Assembly (NCBI GenBank): GCA_964362125.1
Contig: CAYICS010000001.1
Coordinates: forward strand, 18,052 to 82,051
Length of the DNA stretch: 64,000 bases
Direction of reading: 5' to 3'
Origin: an uncultured Candidatus Saccharibacteria bacterium
Lineage (GTDB): Bacteria > Patescibacteriota > Minisyncoccia > UBA6257 > UBA11618
Shown here: positions 17,521 to 26,703 of the stretch, piece after piece
Numbering within the stretch: the stretch's first letter is position 1
Layout: each line of letters opens with the position of its first letter
Notes under the pieces: generated by a model
What the model was told of the DNA's origin: nothing
The model's database searches: none
The model's input: only the letters and a program-made list of their open reading frames with translations
Program-made: the position numbers and the translations under genes

Positions 17521-18032
17521 CTTCTGCCGGCGAGCCGCCTGTCTTAATCCTCACCTGGCAGGCTGATAATTATGCTCCCAGCCCCTATCAAGGCAAAAAA
17601 CTGCCCAGCGCCGGCACCCCCATCAAGGTGGCTTTGCAAGTTTTTCAACATCGATTGGTCGGTGACATTACTAATAAAGAAATCCGCTGGTTTTTAAATA
17701 ATCAGCTGGCGGCCGCTGGCATTGGCCGCACCACTTTTACTTTCAATGCCCCCGGCTTAGGTGAAGACGGGGTGGTGGTCAGGGCTCAGGTGCGGGATTA
17801 CCACGGTCAGGAGGAAGATGGTTTTGCGGCTATTCCCATTGTCCAGCCTGAAGTGGTGATTGATCAATCGGCCCTACCCACCCTGCAGGGGCTTTTCTAC
17901 TTTTTTAACATCAACAGCGAAGCAGAACTGGAAACCAGCTGGCAGGACAATAATCATAACATCACTCTCAGAGCCCACCGTCGGACCAATCCCTTAGAGT
18001 CGGCCCAAGCCACCCTTTTGAAAAAACAATGA
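17478..18032 (+). CDS. hypothetical protein with repeat-encoded hydrophobic N-terminus (MAYGLWLIYGLWLIASAG)
   Basis: First in-frame ATG lies inside the heptamer array; the ORF-track start at 17433 overlaps the upstream gene. Confidence 0.4.
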   Translation: MAYGLWLIYGLWLIASAGEPPVLILTWQADNYAPSPYQGKKLPSAGTPIKVALQVFQHRLVGDITNKEIRWFLNNQLAAAGIGRTTFTFNAPGLGEDGVVVRAQVRDYHGQEEDGFAAIPIVQPEVVIDQSALPTLQGLFYFFNINSEAELETSWQDNNHNITLRAHRRTNPLESAQATLLKKQ

Positions 18033-19090
18033 GAACTACCATCGCCGTCATTGTCACTGTCATTGTCATGGTCGTGGTCGTAATCACGCCTGCCTTCGCT
18101 TTGGCTCAAGTGGAAACCTGCGGCCCCACACCTCAAGGCAACTACCGCCTTTGTTCGGCCATCCCGGGCATTGAAGAAGTCACTGGCATAGCTGATTTGA
18201 TTAAACAGTTTTTCAGATTTGCCTTGGTGGCTGGCGGGACAGTGGCTTTTATACTGGTCATCATCGGCGGCATCACTCTGATTTTGGAGAGCGGCAATGT
18301 GGTCAAACAGGGTCAGGCCCGGGCCCGGATTACCAGCGCCATTGTTGGTTTGCTGCTGCTGATGGGCTCAACCTTAATTCTCTACAATCTCAACCCCGAG
18401 TTAATTACCATCGAGGAGCCGGGCCTACCCGAACCTTCAGAAGCCAGGGATTTAGAAGAGATGGCTGGGGCCTTGGGGAAAAATTTGACGGGCAGGGCGG
18501 TGATGATTGAAGCACGGCACCAACAGTTTATTGAAACTCAGCTTACAAAAAGAATGGATGAGGAAAAAAATTTATCAGAACAAGCGACTTTAATGAGACA
18601 GGAGATTACTGTTTTGGAAAATGCCGAGGGACTGACTGCTGACCAAAGACAACGGCTGGCCCAATTAAAAACTGAAGCTCCAGCCGCTGAAAACAAATTA
18701 TTACGACTCAAACAAGATCGTCTTTCTGCCCAATTAACCCAAGTTCAAGATCAAATTAACCAGATGGTGGATAAATCACAGCAGAACTGGAAAGGAAGAT
18801 CAGTGGGTTTCTTTGGTCAGTGGTTAGGTGGCGGGCGCTCTTTCACCCAAGCCGCCCATTATGCTGGTTTGAAAGAAACGGAACGGGCAAAGTTTGATCA
18901 ACTATTGGGAAACAGAGCGAGTTTGGTAAAAGAACTGCGCCAAGTGGAACAACAATTGGGTATTCCCCAAGCCGAGGATTTGGGCAGGCAAGAATCAGAG
19001 CAGGCTGTAGAGCGAGCTCGGGAGTTAATGCGAAGTATCCCACCATCTAAATACGAAGGGGGTCGTCCTGGTAGTAGAAGTCTCTATTAA
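18029..19090 (+). CDS. putative T4SS pilin-like (VirB2/TrbC-like) membrane protein with a long C-terminal coiled coil
   Basis: Long signal peptide; Cys pair CGPTPQGNYRLC; two hydrophobic helices separated by a short charged loop (FALVAGGTVAFILVIIGGITLILESGNVVKQGQARARITSAIVGLLLLMGSTLIL); then about 200 aa Gln/Glu/Arg-rich coiled coil. Confidence 0.35.
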   Translation: MRTTIAVIVTVIVMVVVVITPAFALAQVETCGPTPQGNYRLCSAIPGIEEVTGIADLIKQFFRFALVAGGTVAFILVIIGGITLILESGNVVKQGQARARITSAIVGLLLLMGSTLILYNLNPELITIEEPGLPEPSEARDLEEMAGALGKNLTGRAVMIEARHQQFIETQLTKRMDEEKNLSEQATLMRQEITVLENAEGLTADQRQRLAQLKTEAPAAENKLLRLKQDRLSAQLTQVQDQINQMVDKSQQNWKGRSVGFFGQWLGGGRSFTQAAHYAGLKETERAKFDQLLGNRASLVKELRQVEQQLGIPQAEDLGRQESEQAVERARELMRSIPPSKYEGGRPGSRSLY

Positions 19091-19092
19091 AA

Positions 19093-19872
19093 ATGAGAAA
19101 GTGGTTAATTATTATCGTCATTATTCTGATCCTGATCTTTTTAGGAGTTATTTTTTACCTGGGCTTAAAACAAACCAGGGTAGAGTTGCCGGCGCAAGTG
19201 GTCGGCCAGCCGACACCAGAACCGCCCCTGATCCCAGTAGTGACCAACCTCAAAGAAGCGACGCTAGATGAAAAAAAGACCTATCAAATAGAACTGGCCC
19301 AGAAGGCAGTAGAGCTCCCCCCAACACTGAATCTGCTTGATGTCGCCGCTCGCCCCTATAAAAAGGACCAGTTGTTAATCATTGAAAAACCCTCGGGATT
19401 TTTAGAAACCAACGCTTGGGTTTATCACCAAAAAAACGGGGTTTCAATTCCGCTTTTCCAAGGAATTATTGGTCTGTCCTTAAACTGGTCAACTGATGGC
19501 GAGCAAATGCTTAAGTTTCAAATTGAACCCGAGACGCGGCGGCCTAATTTAACTTTAATTAACCAAAGCGACAACTTAGAATTGGAATTGCCTTGGGTGA
19601 CATTCCCAGAGAAATGTTTAATAGAAAAAGAGGCCCTCTACTGCGCTGTGCCCTTGGAACTGCCGGCTAATCTGAGGTGGCCTGACGATTATTGGAAGCG
19701 CCGCTTTTATCCGCAAGACCGCTTGGTCAAGCTGGTGATCAAAAATTCCTCGATTGAGACACTCGACGACGGCCTTAGCCAACTAATTGACGCTGTTGAT
19801 TTAAAGCTGATTAAAAACGAACTCTACTTCACCAACCGCCGCAACGGCAAGGTTTATAAAATAAATATTTAA
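19093..19872 (+). CDS. hypothetical single-pass membrane protein (last gene of the cluster)
   Basis: N-terminal TM helix WLIIIVIILILIFLGVIFYLGL. Confidence 0.35.
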   Translation: MRKWLIIIVIILILIFLGVIFYLGLKQTRVELPAQVVGQPTPEPPLIPVVTNLKEATLDEKKTYQIELAQKAVELPPTLNLLDVAARPYKKDQLLIIEKPSGFLETNAWVYHQKNGVSIPLFQGIIGLSLNWSTDGEQMLKFQIEPETRRPNLTLINQSDNLELELPWVTFPEKCLIEKEALYCAVPLELPANLRWPDDYWKRRFYPQDRLVKLVIKNSSIETLDDGLSQLIDAVDLKLIKNELYFTNRRNGKVYKINI

Positions 19873-20309
19873 AGCAGTGGTTTCACCACCACACTCCGTT
19901 CTGACCTTTCGCCGGCGCTTTCGGTAGTGACATCGGGTCTGGTGGCTAATTCAGTGTGGATAAGACGGCGCTCGTAAGCATTCATTGCCGGCAACTTGAC
20001 CTCGGTTCTGGTCAGCATCACTTTTCGGGCGGCGGCCCGGGCCAGATCAATAATAATCCGCTCCCGCTCCCGGCGGTAATTGTTGATATCAATAAAAACA
20101 TTCTGCTCTAAACCCTGCTTCCTGCCCGCCAACCGCGCCAAATGAGTCAGGTCACCAATCAGCTTGGGCACCCAGTCTCTGAACCAGTCGCCTTCATTAA
20201 TAAAAATCGCCAAGCGCCGGCTCTCTTTTTCCAAATCAACTTTAAAATCACGAAAACCGGCCAGTGCCAACATCTTTTGAATTGCTTCTTGAATCTGTTC
20301 CATAGCCAT
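19869..20309 (-). CDS. jag: Jag/KhpB RNA-binding protein (KH plus R3H domains)
   Basis: R3H motif MNAYERRLIHTELA; located downstream of yidC as in most bacteria. Confidence 0.7.
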   Translation of the reverse strand: MAMEQIQEAIQKMLALAGFRDFKVDLEKESRRLAIFINEGDWFRDWVPKLIGDLTHLARLAGRKQGLEQNVFIDINNYRRERERIIIDLARAAARKVMLTRTEVKLPAMNAYERRLIHTELATRPDVTTESAGERSERSVVVKPLL

Positions 20310-20934
20310 AAACTATTTTATTGATATACAACTGCTGGCCGATCGAGAATAAGGTGGTGGTTAACCAGTAGAAACCGACAGCTGAAGGCAGGTAGGCAAG
20401 AATAGTCAATGTCAAAACCGGACCGATAAAAACCATATTTTTAGCCATTGGATCAGCCTTTTGTTTGGGGAGACTCAACCGGCCCTGAAAATACTGAGCC
20501 ACAACCGACAAAACCACTACCATTATACTGGTTTCTTTTAAATCTATCAAGCCCAGCGACCAACTGTTTAAATCCGGCGGCGGCTGTAAGAAAACCCGGT
20601 AGAGGGCGATGAGAATCGGCAGTTGAATTAAAAGCAAAAGAAAGGTGGTGAGGGGATTGATTTGGTGACGGCGATAAAGCTCCAGCATAGCCTGGGCCTG
20701 CTTCTCCCGATTGTCTTTATGTTGGTTTTGGATTTTTTCTAACTCCGGCCGCAGTTTCTGGAGGGCGGCCTGACTCTTAAAACTTTTATAAAAAAGCGGG
20801 AAGAGCACAATTCTCACAACCAAGGTTAATAAAATAATCGCCACCCCCAAGTCCTGGAAGGCCAGATTATTATAAAGCCAAACTAAAAGATAAAATAACG
20901 GCTCAACTAGGATTTTGTGAAATAAACCACTCAT
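20248..20934 (-). CDS. yidC: membrane protein insertase YidC/Oxa1 (short form)
   Basis: LLVWLYNNL...VAIILLTLVVRIVLFPL...ELYRRHQINPL conserved YidC core; rnpA-yidC-jag synteny. Confidence 0.8.
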   Translation of the reverse strand: MSGLFHKILVEPLFYLLVWLYNNLAFQDLGVAIILLTLVVRIVLFPLFYKSFKSQAALQKLRPELEKIQNQHKDNREKQAQAMLELYRRHQINPLTTFLLLLIQLPILIALYRVFLQPPPDLNSWSLGLIDLKETSIMVVVLSVVAQYFQGRLSLPKQKADPMAKNMVFIGPVLTLTILAYLPSAVGFYWLTTTLFSIGQQLYINKIVYGYGTDSRSNSKDVGTGRFS

Positions 20935-21208
20935 TGATTTCTTTTTGACTTAAACGATCAGCCCTAGTCTGGGCAATAATGAGATAATCAGCCACCGGCC
21001 ACTGTTTTAATACTAACTCAGCAGCCTGAAATAACCTACGCCGCAGACGATTTCTCTCAACACTATTTTTAGCCGAGACGATGACGCTCAGGCGGCTAAA
21101 AGAGCGGGGGGAAGAGAAGATTTTGATGGTAAAATAAGGGCCGCGAACTACCCGGCCTTTTTGATGAGCAACTTCAAGGATGGGCAAACGAAATTTTTTA
21201 GACAACAT
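20903..21208 (-). CDS. rnpA: ribonuclease P protein component
   Basis: KKFRLP...RNRLRRRL motif; position between rpmH and yidC. Confidence 0.8.
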   Translation of the reverse strand: MLSKKFRLPILEVAHQKGRVVRGPYFTIKIFSSPRSFSRLSVIVSAKNSVERNRLRRRLFQAAELVLKQWPVADYLIIAQTRADRLSQKEINEWFISQNPS

Positions 21209-21221
21209 TTTTTAGACAATA

Positions 21222-21356
21222 TTACAAAGCCAAACGATACCGGCCTTTACGGCGCCGCCTTCTTAAAACCCGCTGGCCGGTGCTTTTCCGCATTCTTTTA
21301 AGAAAGCCGTGACTGCGGCTTCTTTTTCTTTTACTGGGTTTAGTAATTCTAGTCAT
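21222..21356 (-). CDS. rpmH: 50S ribosomal protein L34
   Basis: Translates to MTRITKPSKRKRSRSHGFLKRMRKSTGQRVLRRRRRKGRYRLAL (44 aa). Absent from the ORF track because it is under 60 aa. Confidence 0.85.
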   Translation of the reverse strand: MTRITKPSKRKRSRSHGFLKRMRKSTGQRVLRRRRRKGRYRLAL

Positions 21357-21449
21357 AAAAACGAGCTTAGCAGGTTATCCCCAACTTATCAACATTTTTT
21401 CCCAACCTGTCACTCTTGACCAACTCTTAACCCCATCTAAAATGAACTT
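21357..21449. promoter_or_regulatory. dnaA upstream region with adjacent DnaA-box variants TTATCCCCA (21375-21383) and TTATCAACA (21386-21394)
   Basis: Each is one mismatch from the TTATCCACA consensus. Confidence 0.5.
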
Positions 21450-22811
21450 GTGGATCTTAATCAGCTTTGGCAAAAAGCGTTAGGTGAGATAGAACTGCAA
21501 ATTTCCCGACCAAATTTTGCCACCTGGTTAAAAAACAGCTCTATTATTGATCGACGGGAGGGAACGGTGGTTATTGGTCTGCCTAATAACTTCGCCAAAA
21601 CCTGGGTAGAAGACAAATATCATAAAATTATCTTGGGGACCTTGAGGAATTTAGATGAAAATATCCGCCGGGTAGAGTTCATCCTCATCACCAGCCAAGT
21701 CCAACCAATGATTATCAGTCAAAAATTTAATATTGAAACCGGTCCCCAATTGGCTTTTAACGAATTAAATATCGACCCCAGCACCAATCTGAATCCCCGT
21801 TATAATCTCCAGTCGTTTATTGTTGGCTCTTCCAATGAAATGGCCTTTGCGGCGGTAACAGCAGTGATTAGGGAGGTGGGCAAGAAATACAACCCGCTTT
21901 TTATCTACGGCGGCGTGGGGGTAGGGAAGACTCATCTCATGCAGGGCCTAGGTAATGACATAGTGAAGGTTTATCAAGATAAGATAAAGGTGAAATACAT
22001 CTCATCGGAAAAATTCACCAATGAGGTGATTTGGGCGATTAAAAACAAAAGAATGGAGACAATGAAGGAAAAATACCGCACCGTCGATGTTTTGATTATT
22101 GATGATATTCAATTTATCGGCGGCAAGGCCAGTACCGAACAAGAATTCTTTCACACCTTTAACGCCCTTTATGAAATCAATAAACAAATAGTGATTTCCT
22201 CCGACCGCTCCCCCAAATTTATTCCTATTTTAGAGGATCGTTTGAAATCAAGATTTGAGGGAGGAATGGTGGTGGACGTCGGCTTTCCCGATTTTGAATT
22301 GAAGGTGGCGGTTTTAAAAGAAAAACTAACAGAGAGGGGGACGAGCCTCAATGAAGATGTGGTTAACACCATTGCCCATAAGGTGAAAAAGAGTTTTCGG
22401 GAGTTGGAAGGTATTCTTAATAGAATCCTTTTCTATCAACAAGTGAAAAATTTAGAAATTACCTCCCGGGTAGCGGAACAAATAATGAGTGAGGTGGTAA
22501 AAACCCCCCAACGAAACATCAGTCCGGATTTTATCATCAAAACCGTGGCCGATTATTTCGAAATCTCTGTGGCTGATTTAATCGGCCACTCCCGCAAACG
22601 ACAGGTGGTGGAGCCAAGGCAAATTTCCATTTACCTCTTGCGCGATCTCCTTGATTTGTCGTATCCCTTTATTGGGGAGAAGCTGGGGAAACGTGATCAC
22701 ACCACCATTCTCTACGCTTACGACAAAATGTCCCAAGAATCAGTTAAAAACCAAATTCTTAATCAAAAAATAATGATGATTAAAGATATTTTGGAAAAGT
22801 CTTATATATAA
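21450..22811 (+). CDS. dnaA: chromosomal replication initiator protein DnaA
   Basis: AAA+ Walker A GGVGVGKTHLMQ, box VII, C-terminal DNA-binding helix-turn-helix (HTTILYAYDKM). Confidence 0.9.
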   Translation: MDLNQLWQKALGEIELQISRPNFATWLKNSSIIDRREGTVVIGLPNNFAKTWVEDKYHKIILGTLRNLDENIRRVEFILITSQVQPMIISQKFNIETGPQLAFNELNIDPSTNLNPRYNLQSFIVGSSNEMAFAAVTAVIREVGKKYNPLFIYGGVGVGKTHLMQGLGNDIVKVYQDKIKVKYISSEKFTNEVIWAIKNKRMETMKEKYRTVDVLIIDDIQFIGGKASTEQEFFHTFNALYEINKQIVISSDRSPKFIPILEDRLKSRFEGGMVVDVGFPDFELKVAVLKEKLTERGTSLNEDVVNTIAHKVKKSFRELEGILNRILFYQQVKNLEITSRVAEQIMSEVVKTPQRNISPDFIIKTVADYFEISVADLIGHSRKRQVVEPRQISIYLLRDLLDLSYPFIGEKLGKRDHTTILYAYDKMSQESVKNQILNQKIMMIKDILEKSYI

Positions 22812-22988
22812 CTTAATAAAACTTAATAAAATGTGAATAAAAACTATAACCCACAACCTATAACATAAAGATTATAATTACTTACCCAATTTATCCCCAA
22901 GTTTAAAAATTAAAAAAGCTGAAAAATATAAGAAAAAATAACTTATCAACAAATTCAAGTACTACTACTACGACTACTAATTAAATAT
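22812..22988. promoter_or_regulatory. candidate oriC: AT-rich dnaA-dnaN spacer with DnaA-box-like 9-mers
   Basis: TGTGAATAA (22832-22840), TAACCCACA (~22848), TTATCCCCA (22891-22899), TTATCAACA (22943-22951); AT-rich tracts; gene-strand switch at rpmH|dnaA. Confidence 0.55.
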
Positions 22989-24101
22989 ATGAAAGTAATA
23001 TTGTTTAAAGAAAATTTAAAAAATGGTTTAATGGTGGCGGAGAAGGCTGTGGCCGAAAATGCCAACCTCCCCATTCTTAAAAATATTTTACTAAAAACCA
23101 CTGATAATAAAATTCAGATTGTCAGCACCAATCTTGAATTAGCTATTACCAAATTAATTTCCGGAAAAATTATTGAAAATGGCTCTCTTACCATTCCCTT
23201 TAACACTTTTTATAATATTGTTAATAACACCACTCACGATCGCATTAACTTAGAAAAAAACAATAACAATTTTATTTTTAAAACCGATAACTACCAAGCT
23301 AAAATTCAAGGGGTGGCCGAGGATGAATTTCCCATCATTCCCAAATTAGAAAACACCGATCACTACCTGGAGATGGATCCGGTAATTTTTAAGGACGCTC
23401 TTAGTCGGGTGATTCATGCCGCTCAAATTTCGGAAATCAGACCAGAAATCAGCGGTATCCTCTTCGATTTTCAGATGACCATTTTGAAACTAGTGGCCAC
23501 TGATAGTTTTCGTTTGGCGGAGAAAACTTTAAATAGCAGCCAGTTTAAACATAATCTCACTAAAAATTTTCGGGTGATTGTCCCTCTCAAAACTGTTCAG
23601 GAGTTGGTGCGGGTTTTTCCCAACGACCAAAATATCAAAATTTATCTTGATAGCAACCAAATCCTTTTTCGCAACAATGATATTGAGGTTATTTCCCGGC
23701 TCATTGATGGCACCTATCCCGATTATGAACCAATTCTTCCCAAAGATATTGAGACAGAATTGCTGGTTAATCGTGATCATTTCATTAACGCCATTCGTTT
23801 GGTTAATAATTTTAGCGGTAAAACCAACGATATCCGGTTGGCAGTTAGAGACGATCAAAAGGTTTTGGATGTCTATTCTGTTAATCAGTTTTTGGGAGAA
23901 AATAACTATCTCATTCCCACTAAAACCACCGGCAGTAATTTCCAGGACACCGCCTTTAATTGGCGCTACCTCCTCGATGGTCTGAGGGCGATTGGTGAAG
24001 AAAATGTTTTCTTTGGGGTGAATGGTAATAATCGGCCGGCCATTCTTAAACCAATTGAGGACAAAAGTTTCTTTTATGTCTTAATGCCCATTAGGACTTA
24101 G
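22989..24101 (+). CDS. dnaN: DNA polymerase III beta subunit (sliding clamp)
   Basis: Three-domain clamp; N-terminus MKVILFKENLKNGL...; immediately downstream of dnaA. Confidence 0.85.
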   Translation: MKVILFKENLKNGLMVAEKAVAENANLPILKNILLKTTDNKIQIVSTNLELAITKLISGKIIENGSLTIPFNTFYNIVNNTTHDRINLEKNNNNFIFKTDNYQAKIQGVAEDEFPIIPKLENTDHYLEMDPVIFKDALSRVIHAAQISEIRPEISGILFDFQMTILKLVATDSFRLAEKTLNSSQFKHNLTKNFRVIVPLKTVQELVRVFPNDQNIKIYLDSNQILFRNNDIEVISRLIDGTYPDYEPILPKDIETELLVNRDHFINAIRLVNNFSGKTNDIRLAVRDDQKVLDVYSVNQFLGENNYLIPTKTTGSNFQDTAFNWRYLLDGLRAIGEENVFFGVNGNNRPAILKPIEDKSFFYVLMPIRT

Positions 24102-26416
24102 GATCTAAAGAAGAAAATCACCTCTTTAGTTTGAGAGTTATTACTGCTATCAAAGGCTTTAATTAAAAGTTTATTTTGATTTTCCAGGGGGGCGGCGATG
24201 GTGTTTTGGTAGTGGACTTCTCGTCCCAAGCCCGAGCTTTTTTGCTCAATCAACTGATTGTTAAGATAAATTTCCATTTTAATCAGTTCATTTTGAGTTT
24301 TAATGATGGTGTCGATGTTTAGGTTGCCGCTGACTAAAAATTGTCCGCTTTGCGGCGAGACAATTTCAATACTGATAGGGCCGCCGGGACCAGTGGGGCT
24401 AATCAGTCCGGCGTTTTCCCGCGCCCATTCCAAAACCGGCTTTTCCCAATTTTCAAATTGAGGATCTTTTTTGGGGTCGGCGGGGGCCGCTCCTTGAGGA
24501 TTATTTTTACTGACATGATAAAGGATTTCGTGAATTTCGTTGTTGACCAGATATTGGCCGTTGAGCGCTGGTTTATCAGTTAAAATAATTTCCGGGCGCA
24601 GGAAGGTTTCCTGAGAATAATTTTTTAAAACTTCATTCATAAAAGCCGACCAAATTGGCACTGCCGCCAAAATACTGCCGCCTCGGCGCTGCATGGGGGC
24701 GTTGTCATTGTTGCCGGCCCAAACTCCCGCCACCAAAGATGGGGTGTAGCCAATGGCCCAGGCATCGCGGTAGTCATCGGTGGTGCCGGTTTTTAAAGCC
24801 ACCTCCTGATTGGGGAAGATGGTTAGGGCCAAACTGTTTTGAAAAAGGGGCGACCGGGCTTGGGTGTCACTTAAAATATCGTTGATTAAACGGACTAATT
24901 GCGGTTCCACTACCGGCTCTGGCTGATCTTTAAATTCCTCAATAATCTTTCCCTGCGAATCCATCACTTGAAGAATAATTGATTGTCGACGCCTCACCCC
25001 ATCCTGACTAAAAATTGAATAGGCGCTGACTAATTCGGCTAATTTCACCTCACCTCCGCCTAAAGCCAAAGATAGTCCATAACGGCTTTTTTCAGTGAGG
25101 GTGGTTATTCCCATTTTTTTGACGGCGGCCAAAGTCTCATCAAGGCCAGCTAGGTACAGAGTCTTGACCGAGGGAATGTTAATTGATTGAGCCAGTCCCT
25201 GCCGCATGGTGACTGGCCCCCGGAATTTTTCGTCAAAGTTTTGGGGCTTATAACTTTTCTCGGGTTTTTCCGTGGTGTCAAATTCTGTTTCCAGATCGAA
25301 AAGTACTGTCTCAGGAGTGTAACCCTTACTAAAAGCGGTTAAATAAGCAAAGGGTTTAATGGCTGAGCCGGGCTGGCGCAGGCCTTGAGTAGCCACATTG
25401 AAGTTGCCGTCAATTTCTGTGTCAAAGTAGTTGCGCGAGCCCACCATAGCCAGTACCTGCCCGGTTTTGCCGTCTTCAGCTACCAAAGCGGCGTTGGTGC
25501 CTTGATATAATTCGGTGTTGCGGCTGGCGCCGTCAGCCGCCACCTTTTCTGCCAACTCCTGCAGCGGCCAGTCAAGAGTGGTAGTTACTTTCAAACCAGC
25601 GCCGCGCACATAATCTTCTCCATATTGATTGATTAAATAATCTTGAACAGCAATGACAAAATGGGGCGCCTTAATCCTCACTGCCGGCGGCGCCAGAGGA
25701 ATTTCTTTGTCTTTGTCTGCGGCTAATTGCAATTGGTCCAAAACAAAATCTTTTCTGGTCAGTAATTCGTCCCGGTGGGCGCCCCAAGGTGAATAGTAGC
25801 TGGGGGCTTTAGGCAGACTGACTAATAAAGCAATTTCCTGCGGCTCTAAATCTCTAGCGCTTTTATTAAAATAAGTTTGGGCAGCCGCCTCGATGCCATA
25901 GGCATTACTGCCATAGGGGATCTGGTTGAGGTAGAGTTCTAAAATCTCGTCCTTATTATATTTTTGTTCCAGGCGCCAGGCGAGAACCAGCTCTTTAATT
26001 TTTCTAACCAAAGTCCGCTCTGGTTTGAGAAAGACGTTTTTGGCTAATTGCTGGGTGATAGTCGAGCCGCCTTGGACGACCCGGCCGGAACGAAGGTTGG
26101 CCAAAGTCGCTCGAAACACCGCCCGCCAATCCACCCCGCCGTGTTTATAGAAATTTTGATCTTCGATGGCCAGGGTGGCCTTTTTCACTAGTTCAGGAAT
26201 CCGGTCAAAAGGCACCACCGTCCTTTTTTGCTCGCCATAGAGCTCGTAAAGTAAAATTTCACCAGTGCGATCGTAAATTTTAGTTGATTGAGCGATTTGG
26301 CGTTCATCAAAAATCTCCGGATTAGGGAGGGTCTTAAATAAAAAGGCGGCGTAACCAGCAATCATCAGTCCTGTAAGAATTATTAATCCCGCCAGTCCTA
26401 TGAGAATTTTTTTCAT
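24098..26416 (-). CDS. class A penicillin-binding protein (transglycosylase plus transpeptidase), PBP1A-like
   Basis: N-terminal TM; GT51 motifs EDQNFYKHGGVD, GGSTITQQLAKN; transpeptidase SAIKPF (SxxK), SxN and KTGT motifs. Confidence 0.85.
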   Translation of the reverse strand: MKKILIGLAGLIILTGLMIAGYAAFLFKTLPNPEIFDERQIAQSTKIYDRTGEILLYELYGEQKRTVVPFDRIPELVKKATLAIEDQNFYKHGGVDWRAVFRATLANLRSGRVVQGGSTITQQLAKNVFLKPERTLVRKIKELVLAWRLEQKYNKDEILELYLNQIPYGSNAYGIEAAAQTYFNKSARDLEPQEIALLVSLPKAPSYYSPWGAHRDELLTRKDFVLDQLQLAADKDKEIPLAPPAVRIKAPHFVIAVQDYLINQYGEDYVRGAGLKVTTTLDWPLQELAEKVAADGASRNTELYQGTNAALVAEDGKTGQVLAMVGSRNYFDTEIDGNFNVATQGLRQPGSAIKPFAYLTAFSKGYTPETVLFDLETEFDTTEKPEKSYKPQNFDEKFRGPVTMRQGLAQSINIPSVKTLYLAGLDETLAAVKKMGITTLTEKSRYGLSLALGGGEVKLAELVSAYSIFSQDGVRRRQSIILQVMDSQGKIIEEFKDQPEPVVEPQLVRLINDILSDTQARSPLFQNSLALTIFPNQEVALKTGTTDDYRDAWAIGYTPSLVAGVWAGNNDNAPMQRRGGSILAAVPIWSAFMNEVLKNYSQETFLRPEIILTDKPALNGQYLVNNEIHEILYHVSKNNPQGAAPADPKKDPQFENWEKPVLEWARENAGLISPTGPGGPISIEIVSPQSGQFLVSGNLNIDTIIKTQNELIKMEIYLNNQLIEQKSSGLGREVHYQNTIAAPLENQNKLLIKAFDSSNNSQTKEVIFFFRS

Positions 26417-26424
26417 AATATTTT

Positions 26425-26466
26425 AATTTATAAATCAAAACCCGCCCCGATGTCCATCGGGGCGGG
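26425..26466 (-). terminator. intrinsic terminator for the small acidic ORF (perfect 12-bp stem cccgccccgatg/catcggggcggg, then a T-run on the minus strand)
   Basis: Perfect inverted repeat at 26441-26466; minus strand reads hairpin then TTTTGATTTAT. Confidence 0.55.
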
Positions 26467-26489
26467 TTGGGTGTCAATTTTAGGTGTTG

Positions 26490-26615
26490 TTAGGTACCGT
26501 CGCCATCGCTGTAATCGTCTTCTTGAAAATCATCTTCGTAGGCAGTTTCGTCTTCGAGTTCTTCCTCATTATCAGTTCCCTCCTCCACATCTTCATTGTA
26601 GTAGTTGTAGACCAT
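26490..26615 (-). CDS. very small, highly acidic hypothetical protein (41 aa, MVYNYYNEDVEEGTDNEEELEDETAYEDDFQEDDYSDGDGT)
   Basis: ORF bracketed by a 3x10-bp repeat at its 5' end and an intrinsic terminator at its 3' end. No obvious SD, so it may be non-coding. Confidence 0.25.
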   Translation of the reverse strand: MVYNYYNEDVEEGTDNEEELEDETAYEDDFQEDDYSDGDGT

Positions 26616-26645
26616 ATGACACAGTATGACACAGTATGACACAGT
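26616..26645. repeat. 3 perfect tandem copies of the 10-bp unit ATGACACAGT abutting the small ORF start
   Basis: Direct reading. Confidence 0.85.
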
Positions 26646-26703
26646 TGGTTAACGACCTTTAAAATTTCGAATTATCAGAAGTATAGTAGGATGATTTTGT
26701 TTG

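Noticed and set aside
24341-24885. Plus-strand ORFs 24341-24583 and 24655-24885
   Set aside because: They are embedded antisense within the well-supported PBP1A gene.
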